From assembly GCA_010015585.1 (NCBI GenBank), contig ML975165.1: 64,000 nt of DNA. One strand, given 5' to 3'. The first letter of the stretch is position 1; each line of letters opens with the position of its first letter. Below, piece after piece: positions 1 through 13,298 of the stretch. This stretch comes from Eremomyces bilateralis CBS 781.70 (lineage: Eukaryota). The notes under the pieces are model-generated. The model did not search any database. It was given only the letters and a program-made list of their open reading frames with translations, and was not told where the DNA came from. The translations under genes were made by a program, and so were the position numbers.

Positions 1-3000
1 TCGAACACCAGCGCCGACGCATCCCGACAGAGGTCGACGGACTTCGGCGCGCCGCACTCCTCGCACGTCATCTCGACGGGGCATTTCGCGCTAGGGTTCC
101 GCCAGCGGGCTTCGGAGGCGAATTCGCGGACCTCGCAGAGGGAAAGGAGTTCTTTGCGGAGCATGCGCGCCTCGAGGGAGATCTCGCGGTCAAGGGAGAG
201 GACTTGCATGAGCGACTTGATGAGCTGGAGGACAGGGTTGTTGTTGGCGGCGGAGGAGAGATGGGCGCCGGGGAGGGAGGGCATGGCATAGTCCGAGGCA
301 AGGTCAGGATGCAGGAGCTCGGCGACCTGGCGACGGACGTGGCCTGCGATTCGCTTGGTGAGAGCCTTGGTGAAGGACTTGGGGAGGACGGATGTTATGA
401 CTGCGGTATCTTGGGTCAAGCTTCGGACTGGGAGTTGCGTGACTCGCAGCGTTTCGCTTTCCCCTTCTCCTGATACCGTGGGCCGCTTGCGTCCATGCAT
501 GAGATCGATGAACTGGATCACCCAGTCGCGGAAAACATCTTGAAGGTGCTGAGGAAGGACAGAGGCAAGTTGCCAATGCATCACGGTCTCCAATTGTTGT
601 TCGGCCTCCGCGACGACCTCTTTGCAGCCAATGCCGCCGAAGTTGTAGTCATCGTACCAGACGAGGTAGTCCCAGTACTCTTGGATGTCGAGCTGAACAA
701 AACTGAAGAGCGGTTTCGACTGCACGGTCTTGAGGATATACTGCGTGTAGGCAAAGGCGTTGCCAACCTCGCTCTTACTGGTCTGCAGGAGCAGTCGATG
801 AGGGCTGGCGAACACGACCTGTGATCCAACCCGACGGAAGTCGCTGATGAGCTGCTGAAGCGCTTTCCGGGACATCATCTGGACGTAGTAGTGCAAGGCG
901 CGGTCGTAGAGGAACGAACCCGGCGACTCCACCCATCGGACGAGGTGCTGGACCATGACGTCGGCCATCTGTCCGCCGTCGCGACATGCTTCGGACCACC
1001 ACGCCTTCACCATCTCGCGAAGCACAACGATTCCAGTCGTCGCGAACGCATTGTCACTGTAGATGACGTGGCCGTCGTCGGCGATATTCTTATCCGAAGG
1101 AGCGGCAGGGTTGAACGAGAACGAGTCGGCCCCTTCCGCGTCATTCACCAGCGAGGACGCTAGAATGGTGTTGATCGCAAGGTTTCGTAGGCTCAAGTCG
1201 ATGCAGACGGAAGAATACGTCCCCGGGTTGTTGACCTCGGGCATCTCAACCGTCTCCAGCGGCCCGACAATGTCGTCTTTCTCGTAGCCAGCATGATCAG
1301 GTTTTGACCCGGTGGACCACCACAAGACAACCCGCTCTTTGAGTAGACGTCGAGCATACGCCACATCGATCAGGAAGCGAGGGTCATGCCCTTCCATGTT
1401 ACATAGCGGAACGTTTCCGTATCGGGCGAGCTCGATGAGGTGCGATACCCACGCACCAAGGGTGAGGTAGTGCGTGACCAGCCGCTTCGCAACGAAGGTC
1501 TGCCAGCCCAGGGGCGGAAGGTTTTTGTCCGACTCATCGAACTTCAACGGAAGATTAGGGAACTCCTTCATGATCGGCACGACGTGAGGAAGAAGTCGGT
1601 GGTGCTGGCTCTGCACGACAAGGATGAAGCTCCCTTCCTTTTCGTCGTTCCGCATCTTCTTCATTGCGTCGCCGAGTTCTAGGTATGCCTTCCTTTTCGT
1701 CGTCACTTGGGTGGTCTTGAAGTGCATGTCGGTCTGGTACTCGAAGCACTGCTGCCATGACTGATCCTCGGCACTTTCAGTGACTCGTTTAGAGTACGCA
1801 TCTTTATAAAGCTTGTCGACATTCGGTAGACTCTGAGTGTCACGTCCTCGATTGAGGATGATGATGTGTCCCTGCGTGCCGGTACTGGAGCAGATGGCAA
1901 ACACCTGCCGATCCCCGACACTGACATGATAGAGGTAAAGGAATTTCAGCTGTGCTTGAGCGAGATACGGATCCGGCTTTGCCACCTGCCGCAATGCACT
2001 GAGATCGAAGCCCTGCTCCAACCCCTTCCCCAGAACGCCTCGTTGGGTTTCATCAAAGGTGCAGACACTCCCTAACTCGAGAACTGCTCGCATGTTCAAG
2101 GGCAGCTGTCGCTCGTACACACCTTCGACACTAGGATGGTTGAAGAGGATGGAAAGTTGCTTGGACTCTCGAAGGTACACCGTTTCGGGCATTGTGAGCT
2201 TGAAAAGATGAACAGAGGGGTGGCTGTTGGGTAGAGTAAAGCCAACGACCTTCTCCACGTCACAACCTTCAATCTCAACGTCAGGAAGTTCGCTTCCCTT
2301 TAGATTCAGGAAGACAATTCGGGGGACAATGACCTTCAACGAGTGGATCTTCTTGTCAATCAGCACGAATGCCCGCACTTCTCCAGGTATGTCAGTCTCC
2401 TGGAGCTGCACAAGCTGCCAGTTCTGGATATACAGCATCTCCGATTGATTCCTAAAGTAGCTTCCAATGGCATCAGTTGGATCTGTGCGCCGATCGCCGA
2501 ACAACTGACGCCGTCGAAGTCTCGCTTGCTTCTGGATCTTCCACTTTTGTTTCTGGTATCGAAGCCATCCTTCGTAATCCTTCGTGATCGACGGCATGAC
2601 TGGAGGCAACGCAGCAAACGGATCGGCCTGCACGGGCACGGCAGGCTCAGGGGCTTTCCGCTTCTGAACCATCCTGGTCGCGATGGCTTTCTTCGTTTTG
2701 GCCACCGGCGTCGACCCAAAGTCCTCGAGATCCACCACTCGGTTCTGCAGGGTGTTGATATCCGCGTCATCCAATGGTTTCTTGGCCGCGTCGAACATGT
2801 CCGTCATCTTCTTCTGCTTGAGGACATCCTCCTTGTTGCGGATGCGGCGATCTAACCATTCCGGATGCGGTACACGGGGCACGGGGTTTTTGACTTTCTG
2901 TAGCGCCGCGGGAATGGTGATGAGCTTTTGGATGACCGATCCGAGACGGTCACGGTAGTAGTCCCAGTCGATGATCGTTCGTGGGTCCATGTCCTTCGGG

Positions 3001-6000
3001 TCTTCTCGGAGCCATTTACGAAGGTAGAAGCGTTTCGTCTGCGGCTCTGACGAGAAGATGGCCACTGGAATGGCTCGCTCGGTAACAGGGGCGTGCTTCG
3101 GCCTTGAGGAGATAACGTATTTGCAGTTGAGACCTTTGTCCTTCACCATCTGCTCTCCTAGGAACTCGGCTAGTCGCTTGGCTGTGGTGATGGCGGTCGA
3201 TTTTTGCGCGCCATATTCGTCCAAGGCTTTGGCCATGTTCTTGTTTTCGCAAATCAGATCGATGAGCTCCTCGTCCGCCAAAGTCGATCCACACTGATCC
3301 AGGACATCCAGCCATCGGTTCGCGACCTGTGCCACGGCTCCGTAGCATTCGGCGAGCGTCGATCCTTCCAAGAAGAACTTGAAGATCTGCGTCTGGAAAA
3401 TTTTGATCAATTTCAGCTCGCCACGGCGTTTGACCTCAAACCCTTTCAGTTCCGCCAAGGTGCCATCGTGATTGAACACGGCGTATCGCTTCTTCAAGTT
3501 CTTGTCCTCCTCCTTCGATGTCGGAAGCATCATTGCTTTGTACGGGCCATCCACCTCGAAGAAGATCGAGTTCTCGCTATGCGTCTCATAACGGAACGTT
3601 CCCGGGTCCTTCAACTCCTGATACTGATCATTTGTGAACTTCGCGTGCACAAGGTGATTCAGCATGACACATGGATAGGATATCGCCAACTTCTTGCCGT
3701 TCCTTAGTTTGAAAGCGAAGTTCTCCGGGAAAGTCGCAGGAAGAATACACCAGATACCGTCGGTGTCGAGTTCAAGTGGACGGCCAATCCGCTCGACCAA
3801 CGTACGCGCCATTTGAATGATATGAGCTCCGGTAAGACACGTAACTCCCGCCATCTCCATTGAGTACCATCGAGAACCCTTTCGCATGACGTAGCCGTAG
3901 AAGCTGTTAAGAATGACCTTGTGGGCCAGTTGCAGGGAGTCGAACAGGATGATCATTTTCTTCGCTTCGTCCACCTCAGCAGCAGATGCGCCGGACGACT
4001 TGAGGGCATCCGTCTTGCCTTTCCAGACCTTTTGCTTGCCTTTGAAGTCGTAACGTCGATCTCGGAACATCTTCACAGTGTCCACGTAGAATGGGTTCTC
4101 TCGCTGGCAAATGATAGCTTCACGTTCGATAGTTTCAGTTGCGTGGATCTTATGGTAGATCTTCTTGCTGTAGTCCGTCAGTCGCTTCTTCACATGCGCG
4201 GCTTGTTCCGGTTCTGGCAGTTCGTGAAATGTCTGCAGTGGGTTGTTCGGGTATTTGCCCGGAAATCTTTCGTTCTCCAGTGCGTGTCGAATCATGTTGT
4301 ATTCATCCCGCTTCGCAGGTAGGAATTCTCCTCGCCATGACCATGGCATCCGTCGATCACAGGTCTTCCCAGGCCGGTTGAAGTCGCATGCAGCGCAATC
4401 AGACTCCTTGATCATCGAATCGGGTTGCAAACGATTCGTTGTCATGATATTCGGGTACATAGAAGCGACGTCAAGATGGTATATCGATGGCCTTTCGTGC
4501 CGGTTCGGGGTTTCCTTGAGTTCAAGAAGCTTCTCCCTGATCTGTTGCTTCACCTCCTCATAGTTTGCAACATCTTCTAAAGCTTTTTTCTCCTCAACAA
4601 CGATGCTGAACGTCAAGGCGGCGTCAAGATCCAGCAGCAGCTCATCGATTGCCGCAGTGTCAATGGCGAAGTTGCAAGGAATGTCACTCCGGAAGACGCC
4701 TGCTTCGATACTTTCGACATGGCCACCAACGTATGTTTCGGATTCGAGCAAATGCCCGTTCCAAAATGACTCGTTCGGTGGTTTGTGCTTGTTCGGCAGG
4801 AGGATCCCTTTTTCGTAGGCTTGAACCATCAGCAACATCTCGCAAAGTGTCCCCGTGCCCTTCCTAAGCACATCGTCGGGTCCCAAGGGGATTATCGTGC
4901 AAAGAGAGTAGACAAAGGGGTGCACATATTTCATGTAAAGGTAATAGGTGGCAACTGCATCAGATACTGAGTACTCAGCGAGGGTTTGAGGTCGCTCGCT
5001 TGCGTATCTGTAATCATGTAAGCAACAGCGCGGAATACCGATTACAACCACTTACGGTGTCATTAGTTCTGGATCCAATTCGTCGGGATCATAACCAAGC
5101 TTAGCGACAGTGACCGCCTTCAGGCCTCTACTGCCCTGGGGAAGGTAGCTGTCTCGATTGACCCACGCAAATGCGTCCATATGGGCACAATAGTCGGAAT
5201 GGTAGATCTCCTCATTATTCTTCCTGAAACCGATCTCTTGGAACATATCCATCCCATTCACGCTTGCTCGCGCTTCGACGAACGGCCAATCGAAGAAATC
5301 ACCGTTGTACGTGACGATGACCGTGGGTTTCGCCTCCTTGATATGCTCGAAGAATCTCTGGAGCAGCGCTCTCTCATCGGGCTCGTTGAAGATCATGAAG
5401 GGGCCGTCATATTCGGGCTTCGGGGTGTAGTCAAAGTCAGAAATATCCTCCGAAACAATTTCGCGGTTCGTTATAAGGAATCCTTGCCCATCGATCATGT
5501 ACGATATCATCATAATTTGGTCGATAGCGGCATCGGGGAATTTCAGGGGCAGTTTGGTCGTTTCGATATCGAAGGCCATGATGACCGGATCGGCACGCTG
5601 CAGTCGTTCCTCCAAGCATTTCATTGATACAACTCCATGCTTGGCCTCGACCGTATACCACTTTCCTACCCGAACATCTGTGTCTGATTAGTATGCTGTA
5701 TTGACTCGAGGGAAAGCAGCCATCATACCGAGATCAATAGCCACTCGAACATGGTAAGGAACATCATATTCCCGGATGTCCACTATGAAGTCGCTGGCGT
5801 CAATTACGCCGTTATTTCGTGTTTCATAAGCATTCTCATCATCAAATATATCGAATCCCGCATTGGCATTGGCCACCTCCGCGTAGGTGTCCATCGCGTT
5901 CATTCTTTTCTTGTTCTTCTCGGCGATTGGCATCAGGATCTTCCGCGACGTGAGAAGGTCGGAGACGTTTGCGAAAGAGAGCTTGAGGAGAACTCGGCGA

Positions 6001-6541
6001 TACCCAAGGAGGTGATTTGGCTGTGTCCCGTTAGGCCGGGCGACATTCAAGCCTCGAGCGAGGTGCCGCAACATACCATCTGCAAATCCTCCTTTTCCAC
6101 GCGCTTCACATCCTTGAGTGCCCCATCCAATGCCCGCCGGCACCATTCCTCCACTTCACCTTCTCTTCCTCGGCGAATTGCGATCAGAAAATACGGATCG
6201 TACTCCATAGTTGCCTTGAAGGTGTTTCCATCCTCCTCGATGAAGTAGAAGTCCACTGCAGCTCGACCTCCGGGGACGTTGTCATCTTGTATGGTGGTGC
6301 TGTGGAAGTTACACAGCCATCCTTCCTTTTTGCGTCCGGCATCATATCTGGCAAATCCGAAGGTTTCGTCTATTGAGTGTGCAAGTCGGATTGACTCAAA
6401 TTTGTCGTTCTGCGATGTTTCCTCTCCGCGTCTCAGGGACCCGAGTGATATGGGGTCTCTTCTTTGTGTCCGTGGGCCATAGGAGGTTCTCCCATCTTTT
6501 CCGAGTCGTTTGTATGGCTGGTTCGGCCGGCGAGTGGGCAT
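1..6541 (-). CDS. POL2: DNA polymerase epsilon catalytic subunit (3' end beyond window start)
   Basis: ATG at 6541, introns inferred at 6021-6076, 5678-5728 and 5008-5055. Exonuclease motifs [16 protein letters not shown] and [11 protein letters not shown]-family motifs [31 protein letters not shown] and ELDTDGIW; CysA zinc finger ([13 protein letters not shown]) near position 20-60. About 2130 codons up to the window edge, so there is no room for an intein. Confidence 0.97.
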
Positions 6542-6761
6542 CTTGGTTGTCGTGTGACGCGGGGGATCAGTAAGGTCGAAGACAAAGGAGATGGAGTACT
6601 ATGAAAATGCTATTGCGGATGTATCATGATCTGTAAACATGAGCCACCTGAACTCCTTGCGATGCAGAATGAAATGGAGTATCACAAATATTGAAGGCAC
6701 AATAAAGCATGAAATTGATGTTCTTTACAGTAAGCGGAAGACGTGAAGTGGTGGATGGACA

Positions 6762-6808
6762 TCGCGTCTTTCCTCTTCCTCTTTACGCGCCAAAACGCCG
6801 AAACGCGT
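6762..6808. promoter_or_regulatory. Cluster of MCB-like (ACGCGT/CGCG) G1/S cell-cycle boxes in the POL2-COX20 divergent promoter
   Basis: Perfect ACGCGT at 6803-6808, ACGCG at 6785-6789 and TCGCGT at 6762-6767, all 220-270 bp upstream of the POL2 ATG. Confidence 0.6.
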
Positions 6809-6973
6809 CGAGGTTGGACCCCTGTCGCATGGTTTCGGGAACTATGCCTATTATGGGTTAGCGTCTTTTTTACTTGCAGAATAGCAGAACCGCATCTCAA
6901 CTACATCTTTGGGTTGAACAGTCGGCGTAGCCAATCTCACCATACTCGCCGCCACTAGACACACATTGTAAAT

Positions 6974-7738
6974 ATGGCGGATGATACCAGTCAGCAAGGA
7001 GAGCATGTGGAGGAGCAGAGGCGGGAAGTCGAACGACGGACCTCGGCGCGTCGATCGAACATCAAAAAGGACTACGAGCGCCCAACCGACCCAACCCAAC
7101 TCCATCCCTTCGATCCAGAGTACGAGCGGCCGACCACGAAGCCGAAACATGGCGTGTGGTCCTTGCTGGACCGCGCACGCGCGCCGGGGAAATCGCAGGA
7201 GGTGTGGTTGACGGAGGAGGAGATGCCCAAGTACCGGATGCCGGAAGCGAAGCCGCGGGCGCCTGGAGCGAAGCCCGACGAAAACGATCCGGTGGAGAAG
7301 AACGTATGGAATGCCATGGAGATGTTGGGCGTGGACAACTTCATGGTTGCTATTCGGACCCGCTGTGTTCGGAATGCCTTCATGACTGGATTGGGGATGG
7401 GTTTCGGAATGACCGCCCTGCGGCTGATCATGCGGAGTAAGTAGTCCCAATGCCGTGGTGAACAATCTACTCATCGTTCGACTGTAGAGTCCAAAGGCGC
7501 CGCGACCTGGGGTGTCTTAACCTCTGCGGGAACGTCATCGCTGGTATTCCCCTATTGCCTATACAAAAACCGCCTCGAAAAGAGCCACATGCAGAGGGCC
7601 GTGGACATCTCCCAGCAGAAGAAAATCGCCGCGGAGAAAAAACGCGAGGAGGACCGCGCGGCAAGGAGAAAGGCCAAAGAGGAGGAAGACCAACGACGAG
7701 AAGAAGCGAAGCGGAAATCGACGTGGAAGTTTTGGTAG
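6974..7738 (+). CDS. COX20: Cytochrome c oxidase assembly protein Cox20-like
   Basis: Intron 7437-7487 (gtaagt...gtag). Spliced product has RCVRNAFMTGLGMGFG (TM1), ATWGV...FPYCLYKNRLEKSHMQRAV, a charged coil and a WKFW C-terminus typical of fungal Cox20. Confidence 0.75.
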
Positions 7739-8121
7739 CGGGCGGCTCATACCTCCACATGATCTATGTCTCGACTTTTGTATACCATTGTCACTGAATG
7801 CATTTCATGGAGTCCTGCATCATTTGAAGGGATATCTCGCCAATTTCACTCGACGATACAGGTGTGCATCGATCACTAACGCTTCGTCATGGATTGAAGT
7901 TGACTACCGGCGCAAGTGCTCACCGCTGAGCGATTTTTGGCACCCCCTTCGACGAACCACTTTCCATGAATTCTCAAGCGGATACCCGGGTATCCAAATC
8001 CAACGCCTCCAATCCCGCTCATGTGCAATATCGCCCAAATTCGTCATCATTCCCTACGCCACACGACTTTCCGCCATCCCAATACGGTACAAACCAACGC
8101 CATCCCATGCAAGCTAACCCC

Positions 8122-9012
8122 TTAAACAGCGAACTTCGACGCCCCTCGCAGCGCCGCATGCGTCTTCAACGGCGAGCTATTCCGCGACTGGTTCCGCGAC
8201 TTTCCCACCCGCATCGCTCGCCGACGTTCATAGCGCCTCTCCCGCTCCTCGCGCGCCATGCGGGCGCGATACCGCTCGAGCTGCTCCTGGCGCTTCCGCT
8301 GGCGCTCCGCCTCGATCTGCGCGGTGGGTTTGAATCCGACGCCGTTGATGCCGGTGCCGTCATCGTCGGGGTCGGTGGCAAGGTGGCCGGTGATTTCGAA
8401 ATCTTGCCACGTCAGGGAGAGTGGGGCGGGGGTGGGGGATGGAGGAGAGTGGAAGGTCTCGGCCGTGCTGAAGGTGTCGGAGAGGGCGAAGGCGACGTGC
8501 TTCTGCTTCGGGTCCTGAGATGGCTCCATGGATGTCGGTGTGGGGGGGTCGGAGGGGTCGGGAGAGGGGGTCTTCCGCTTCATCTTGATGCCATCCAGGG
8601 CGTCAAGGCGTTCGCGGAGTAATGCAGGCGGTGCGGACGGGGAGATGCTCGATTCGGCCGAATTTCCATTTAGGTTATGAGAAGAGCCCCCCATTTCTTC
8701 GTTCGAGCCCTTGGGCGGTGTCTGGTCAGGCGACGGGAGCGTGACATCACTCATCGGGGAATATATCGGGAGCCCGATGGCCAGATTGAGCCCCGCAAGC
8801 TGTGCTGCGACTCGGCTCCGGGGACTAGCTTGGCCCGACTCGTTGGTCATTCCATCATCGTGAAGGGATGGGTTTCGGTTCGATAGGTGCAATGCCATTG
8901 GCTTCGTCCAGGCATATTTGGAGTTGTTGATGGGGTTATCGGCGACCATGTTAGATGGGGCCGGCATCTCATACTTCAAGGTTGATTGCGGGGTCCAGGA
9001 CCAGGATGACAT
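8122..9012 (-). CDS. Hypothetical protein (296 aa) with a conserved-looking LTWQDFEITGH..DPDDDGTGINGVGFKPT block followed by an Arg/Glu coil
   Basis: Single long ORF; disordered Pro/Ser N-terminus, structured-looking motif near the C-terminus. Confidence 0.7.
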   Translation of the reverse strand: MSSWSWTPQSTLKYEMPAPSNMVADNPINNSKYAWTKPMALHLSNRNPSLHDDGMTNESGQASPRSRVAAQLAGLNLAIGLPIYSPMSDVTLPSPDQTPPKGSNEEMGGSSHNLNGNSAESSISPSAPPALLRERLDALDGIKMKRKTPSPDPSDPPTPTSMEPSQDPKQKHVAFALSDTFSTAETFHSPPSPTPAPLSLTWQDFEITGHLATDPDDDGTGINGVGFKPTAQIEAERQRKRQEQLERYRARMAREERERRYERRRAMRVGKSRNQSRNSSPLKTHAALRGASKFAV

Positions 9013-9801
9013 GAGCGGCGGGGCTGTCGCTGGCTCGCTGCAGGGGTGGGGTCACCCTGAGATGTTGAGAAGAGGTAAAGAATACAAGGGATTGATGATT
9101 TATGAAATTCTAGGGTGAGGATAAGATGCTCGAACTTGGGGTCTGGAGAAATATACGAAGTAATCTAGCTGTCCGAATTAATAATTGTGATTTGTGTGCA
9201 TGCGGTGGCAATAGTGACTCTGAAGTGGAGATTCATCTGGGGGCATTGTATGCTGATTGCGTTCTCAGCCACTTATACAGATATCCATGGCATGTCCAAT
9301 CGATTGTAGTCGTATTATCTCCTATTTTGATATTGTCGTACTATATTGGGATAGGTATTATGCGAGCAGCATAAGCCACTGGTCAGCATTATAGCGTAGT
9401 CCTTTGGTGGACGAAGGATGGATTTTATATTGGAAGTGTATCTGTCTCAACCATTTCAAGGCAATTGCAGGATCCTGCATCTAAACCATTCCTGTTATAC
9501 AATTCAATTGAAAGGAATACTTCTCCTCATGGACGGAAAAGTCAAACTCCAACCATCGGTGTTTGATCGAGAAGTTGAACACTAGTTGTCTGTCTTGGAA
9601 TTGTCAGTGACGTCGAAATGCCATGCTGCACGTGACAAGTTCCAGGCCCAAAATTTTAAAAGTGGATTTTCGAATGCGATACATGAAGAAGAATAATCAA
9701 GATAATTATCTTTGCACACGCCCTTCAAAAAAGGCACTCGAGAACCCCATAGATGACAATGCGCTCCACGTCACGATAGCCAGAACAAATCCATCTTCAA
9801 A

Positions 9802-11037
9802 ATGCCAGCACCAGGCGATCCCTCCACCGCCCCTCCTCCCCTCCGCTTTACCGGGCACGATGCCCTTCCCACCCGCCTCCTCCTCTCCACCCTAACCGGC
9901 CGCTCCATCCACATCTCCCAAATCCGATCCAAGTCCCGCTCGGCACCCGGTCTTCAATCCTACGAAATCTCCCTCCTCCGTCTCCTCACCTCGCTCACCA
10001 ATGGAACCCACGTCGAAGTTAGTATGACGGGGACGAGCCTCCTCTACCGGCCGGGGCTCATCATCGGAACGCCGCCGGGCTATGGCGCGGATGGGTCGGG
10101 CGTGCTGCGGCTGGACATCGAGGCGCCGCCAAGCACGGAGAGGAGGGGGATCAGCTATTGGGCGCTGCCGGTGTGCCTGCTTGCGCCGTTCGCGAAATCC
10201 CCCGTGAATGTCATCTTGGGCGGACCGGGAGTGATCACGGGCGCAACGGAGAAGGACATTAGTATCGACACCGTCAGGACGGGGGTGTTACCGCTCTTCG
10301 AACGATTCGGGATCCGCGGCGACGTGGAAATACGGGTATTGAAACGCGCCTGCCGGGGAGGCGTAGGGGGCGGTGGAGGCGGTGAAGTGCAGATTGTGTT
10401 TGGGAAGATTGCACAGGTCCGGCTCCCGAAGACGGTCCATATGATGGTGCCAGGCCGAGTCCGACGGGTAAGAGGCGTGGCATATGGGGTGGGGATTGGA
10501 GGCGGCAGCAATGCGAGGATGATCGAGGTCGCACGGGGAATTTTGAACCCGCTCTGTCCAGACACATACGTATACTCGGACGTCGCATCGGCGCCTTTCC
10601 TAGGAGGTGGAAATCAACAAGGAAAAGGAGGCGGAAAGAGAACTGGATTGGGCTTCGGGCTTTCACTGGTGGCGGAAACATCGTCTGGGGCCTTGTACTC
10701 GGCCGATTGCGCCTCTCCGTCTGAAGGAGGCGAAACACCGGAAGAGGTGGGGCGGAAGGCCACCCACCAGTTGTTGGAAGTCATCAGTCAAGGTGGCTGT
10801 CTCTCGAAAACGACGGCACCTCCCTTCCTACTCCTCATGGCGATGGGGTCGGAAGATGTGGGCAGAGTGTGCATGGGAAAAGGCGTGATCGGATCGGAAG
10901 AAGTCATTGCTCTTGGAAGGGACCTCAGGTCATTTGGTATGAATGCTTGGGGCATGAGAGATGCCGACGATGAGGACACGGTGATTGTCAGTGTCGTAGG
11001 CAAAGGAGTGGGCAACGTCGGACGGAAAGTAGCTTGA
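9802..11037 (+). CDS. RCL1: 18S rRNA biogenesis RNA 3'-terminal phosphate cyclase-like protein
   Basis: LRFTGH..RLLLSTLTGRSIHISQIRS, PGLQSYEISLLRLL..LTNGT, GFGLSLVAET, C-terminal GKGVGNVGRKVA; intronless 411 aa. Confidence 0.93.
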   Translation: MPAPGDPSTAPPPLRFTGHDALPTRLLLSTLTGRSIHISQIRSKSRSAPGLQSYEISLLRLLTSLTNGTHVEVSMTGTSLLYRPGLIIGTPPGYGADGSGVLRLDIEAPPSTERRGISYWALPVCLLAPFAKSPVNVILGGPGVITGATEKDISIDTVRTGVLPLFERFGIRGDVEIRVLKRACRGGVGGGGGGEVQIVFGKIAQVRLPKTVHMMVPGRVRRVRGVAYGVGIGGGSNARMIEVARGILNPLCPDTYVYSDVASAPFLGGGNQQGKGGGKRTGLGFGLSLVAETSSGALYSADCASPSEGGETPEEVGRKATHQLLEVISQGGCLSKTTAPPFLLLMAMGSEDVGRVCMGKGVIGSEEVIALGRDLRSFGMNAWGMRDADDEDTVIVSVVGKGVGNVGRKVA

Positions 11038-11507
11038 TACCCTGTACAGTTTGTACAATCTGAATTCGATTTGGTCGAATGAACTTTTTATGTTTCGCCG
11101 GAGCACCCTGTGGTATTTGACAATGAAGTCGACTGTTTAATCCATCGATTGGCAGCAGAAATTGAACCACTCCGGTTTCGTCGGGGTGGTCGTTGTGGTC
11201 GTCCGGAGCAGCTCTGCGTCCAAGCGCAACACAGCTCAACGAACGTGTTTCTGACGCGTTTCCCTGAACTTGCCGGAAATTCCGACGATTCTGTCGCTTT
11301 TTACGAAAGTACATAACATGTTATCACCAAGGTAGCGTAATATATGTTCAGCTTTACTGCTCCTAATCTCACTTCTGCTAAACTCACATGTCCCTCTGGC
11401 AGCACCCCTCAACGTTCGTGTAGTCTGTTGTACTACAATTGACCTAAAACATCTCAACTTCTCATCGTCTGCCTTCCATCACAATTGGGAATGAATACAA
11501 TCAATTA

Positions 11508-13298
11508 ATGCCAAGACTCCCTCGAATAACCCGTCCCTTACTCCAATTCGTCGGCGGTCAAGCTGTCGACACATCCAAGATGAGCATACACCCTTCGTTA
11601 AGAAATCTGGTGGACCATCACTCAATCAATGCCTCCCCAGAACCCTCAGGTGAGAGTGAATCTGAGGAAGAGGAGGAAGAGCAACGCCGAAAGCCTTCCC
11701 CCCAAAAGACCAGAAGCCAAAGAGTAGTAACGCAAATGGCAAGAAAAGACACGCAATCTAAAAACAAAGATAGCAATGCCGACGACACCGGAATGTCGGA
11801 CTGGAACACGGACCGACTGAATGGTAGCCAAGGCCGCCGAATCTATGGATCAAGCCAGTCTCAACGTAGTGCTCCCTTGAGAAACATCCGCTCAGGATCG
11901 CAGAAATCGAGTGCTGGAAGTAACGGAGAGGGTCGAAATCCTTCGCAGAATGGTATGATGACAATCTCCTTGCTCAAGAATAGGACTTAGAAAGTTGCAG
12001 GGACACGCTTCAAGGCGCCATCAGAACCTCCGAAACAGGCCCGTGGACCTACCCCAAAGTTCAAACCAGGGAATAAGGAGTCTTCAAGCAGTCCAACTGA
12101 AAACGGAGACGGTGGTCCCAGAAAGCGGAAAAGGGGCTCCGTGGACGACGGCTCCGTGGACGCTGTGAAGTTCATAAAGCCTCCTCTAACCACTCGTCCC
12201 GAGTCTGGAGCTCCCACCGCCCGGATTCAGCTCCCCCCTGATGTCAAACCCGCATTACACACTGCAGCTCAGTTCCGAGTACATCCCGACGCACTTTTCC
12301 AACCGCCTCCGGGTGCTCATTTCAACGTTCCTTCTATTGCTAAGGATATCCAAGAAATGCCTTTGTCACCCCAACGACTGAGCTCGTCACCAAGCCCACT
12401 GATCAAGGTCTCCTCTGATGAAATCCAGGCCCCGGAGGAATTCACCGGGCCAACATGTTTGATCTGCAAGTCTCCGATTCCCGCAGAGCTGTTCGAAATG
12501 TTCCTGCAAAATCATGGCAAATCGTTCCTGAAAGGCGGCTCTACAGACTTTTACCTAGCAGCGGCGAGCATGCGTTGGCCATACCAGATGCAAGCCCTAC
12601 TTCATCGAATCCACCGGCAGGAGTCTGCGTCGCAAGAATGGGTGGCGAAAGGCTACCCGCAGATCGACTGGGAATCGCTCAGCATGCGCGTCGCGCGGCA
12701 CAAAACGGAGCTCGTCAAGGTGCTGGAACGGAAGACTCCCAGCGAAGTCCGCGACCGGTACGAAAAGCGAGTTGCGGTGGACGGCCACATGCCAGCTGCA
12801 CAAGCGTACTTGATGCCGGGAAGGAACAAGGGGATGGATGGAAACGCAGCAGATGACCTACTGAAAGGGTTGACCCCTGGGTACTACGGTCTCCGTGGAG
12901 CCCAGATGATCCTAGACGAGCTGGAAGACTTGCTGCAGGCACCGCTCGCCAAGGCGCGGAAGAAAGATAAGTTGGTTGGGAGGGCGACGGTGACGTACCT
13001 TCAGGAAGTCATGGTGCCAGAGGTGGGATGGCGGTTGATCATGGACGATCTGGGGGTGGACGAGACGGAAGCACGGAAGATACTGAAGGACAGCGCGGAC
13101 ATTGGGATGCTGGTGCACTCTGGAGAAGAGGCACTGGGAACTTTGGAGGAGGAGGATTTGTCTGAAGAGGATGGCGATGAGGACGATGAAGAGGAGGAAG
13201 AGGAGGAAGAGGAGTGTGAGGATGGCGATGAGGAGGAAGCGGAAGCAGGGTCTGATGACGATCGTGAAAGCGGAAATGAGTTAGATGTCATGGTCTGA
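11508..13298 (+). CDS. RTC4-like domain protein with acidic C-terminal tail
   Basis: GYPQIDW, TPGYYGLRGAQMI and VMVPEVGWRLIMDD motifs; probable intron starting at 11953 (gtatga) joins the 11508 ORF to the 12141 ORF frame. Start codon and acceptor are uncertain. Confidence 0.7.
13157..13262 (+). repeat. GAG/GAA/GAT-rich coding low-complexity tract (poly-Glu/Asp)
   Basis: Encodes EEDGDEDDEEEEEEEEECEDGDEEEAEAGSDDD. Confidence 0.8.

Noticed and set aside
1..6541. Possible intein in POL2
   Set aside because: Coding length up to the CysA motif matches a normal Pol epsilon; no insertion or homing endonuclease motif seen.
204..6573. Many plus-strand ORFs of 60-170 aa over POL2
   Set aside because: Antisense shadows of a long GC3-biased coding sequence, with no recognisable motifs.
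8166..8622. 218-aa plus-strand ORF and other ORFs overlapping the 8122-9012 gene
   Set aside because: Antisense or alternative-frame shadows of a GC-rich gene.
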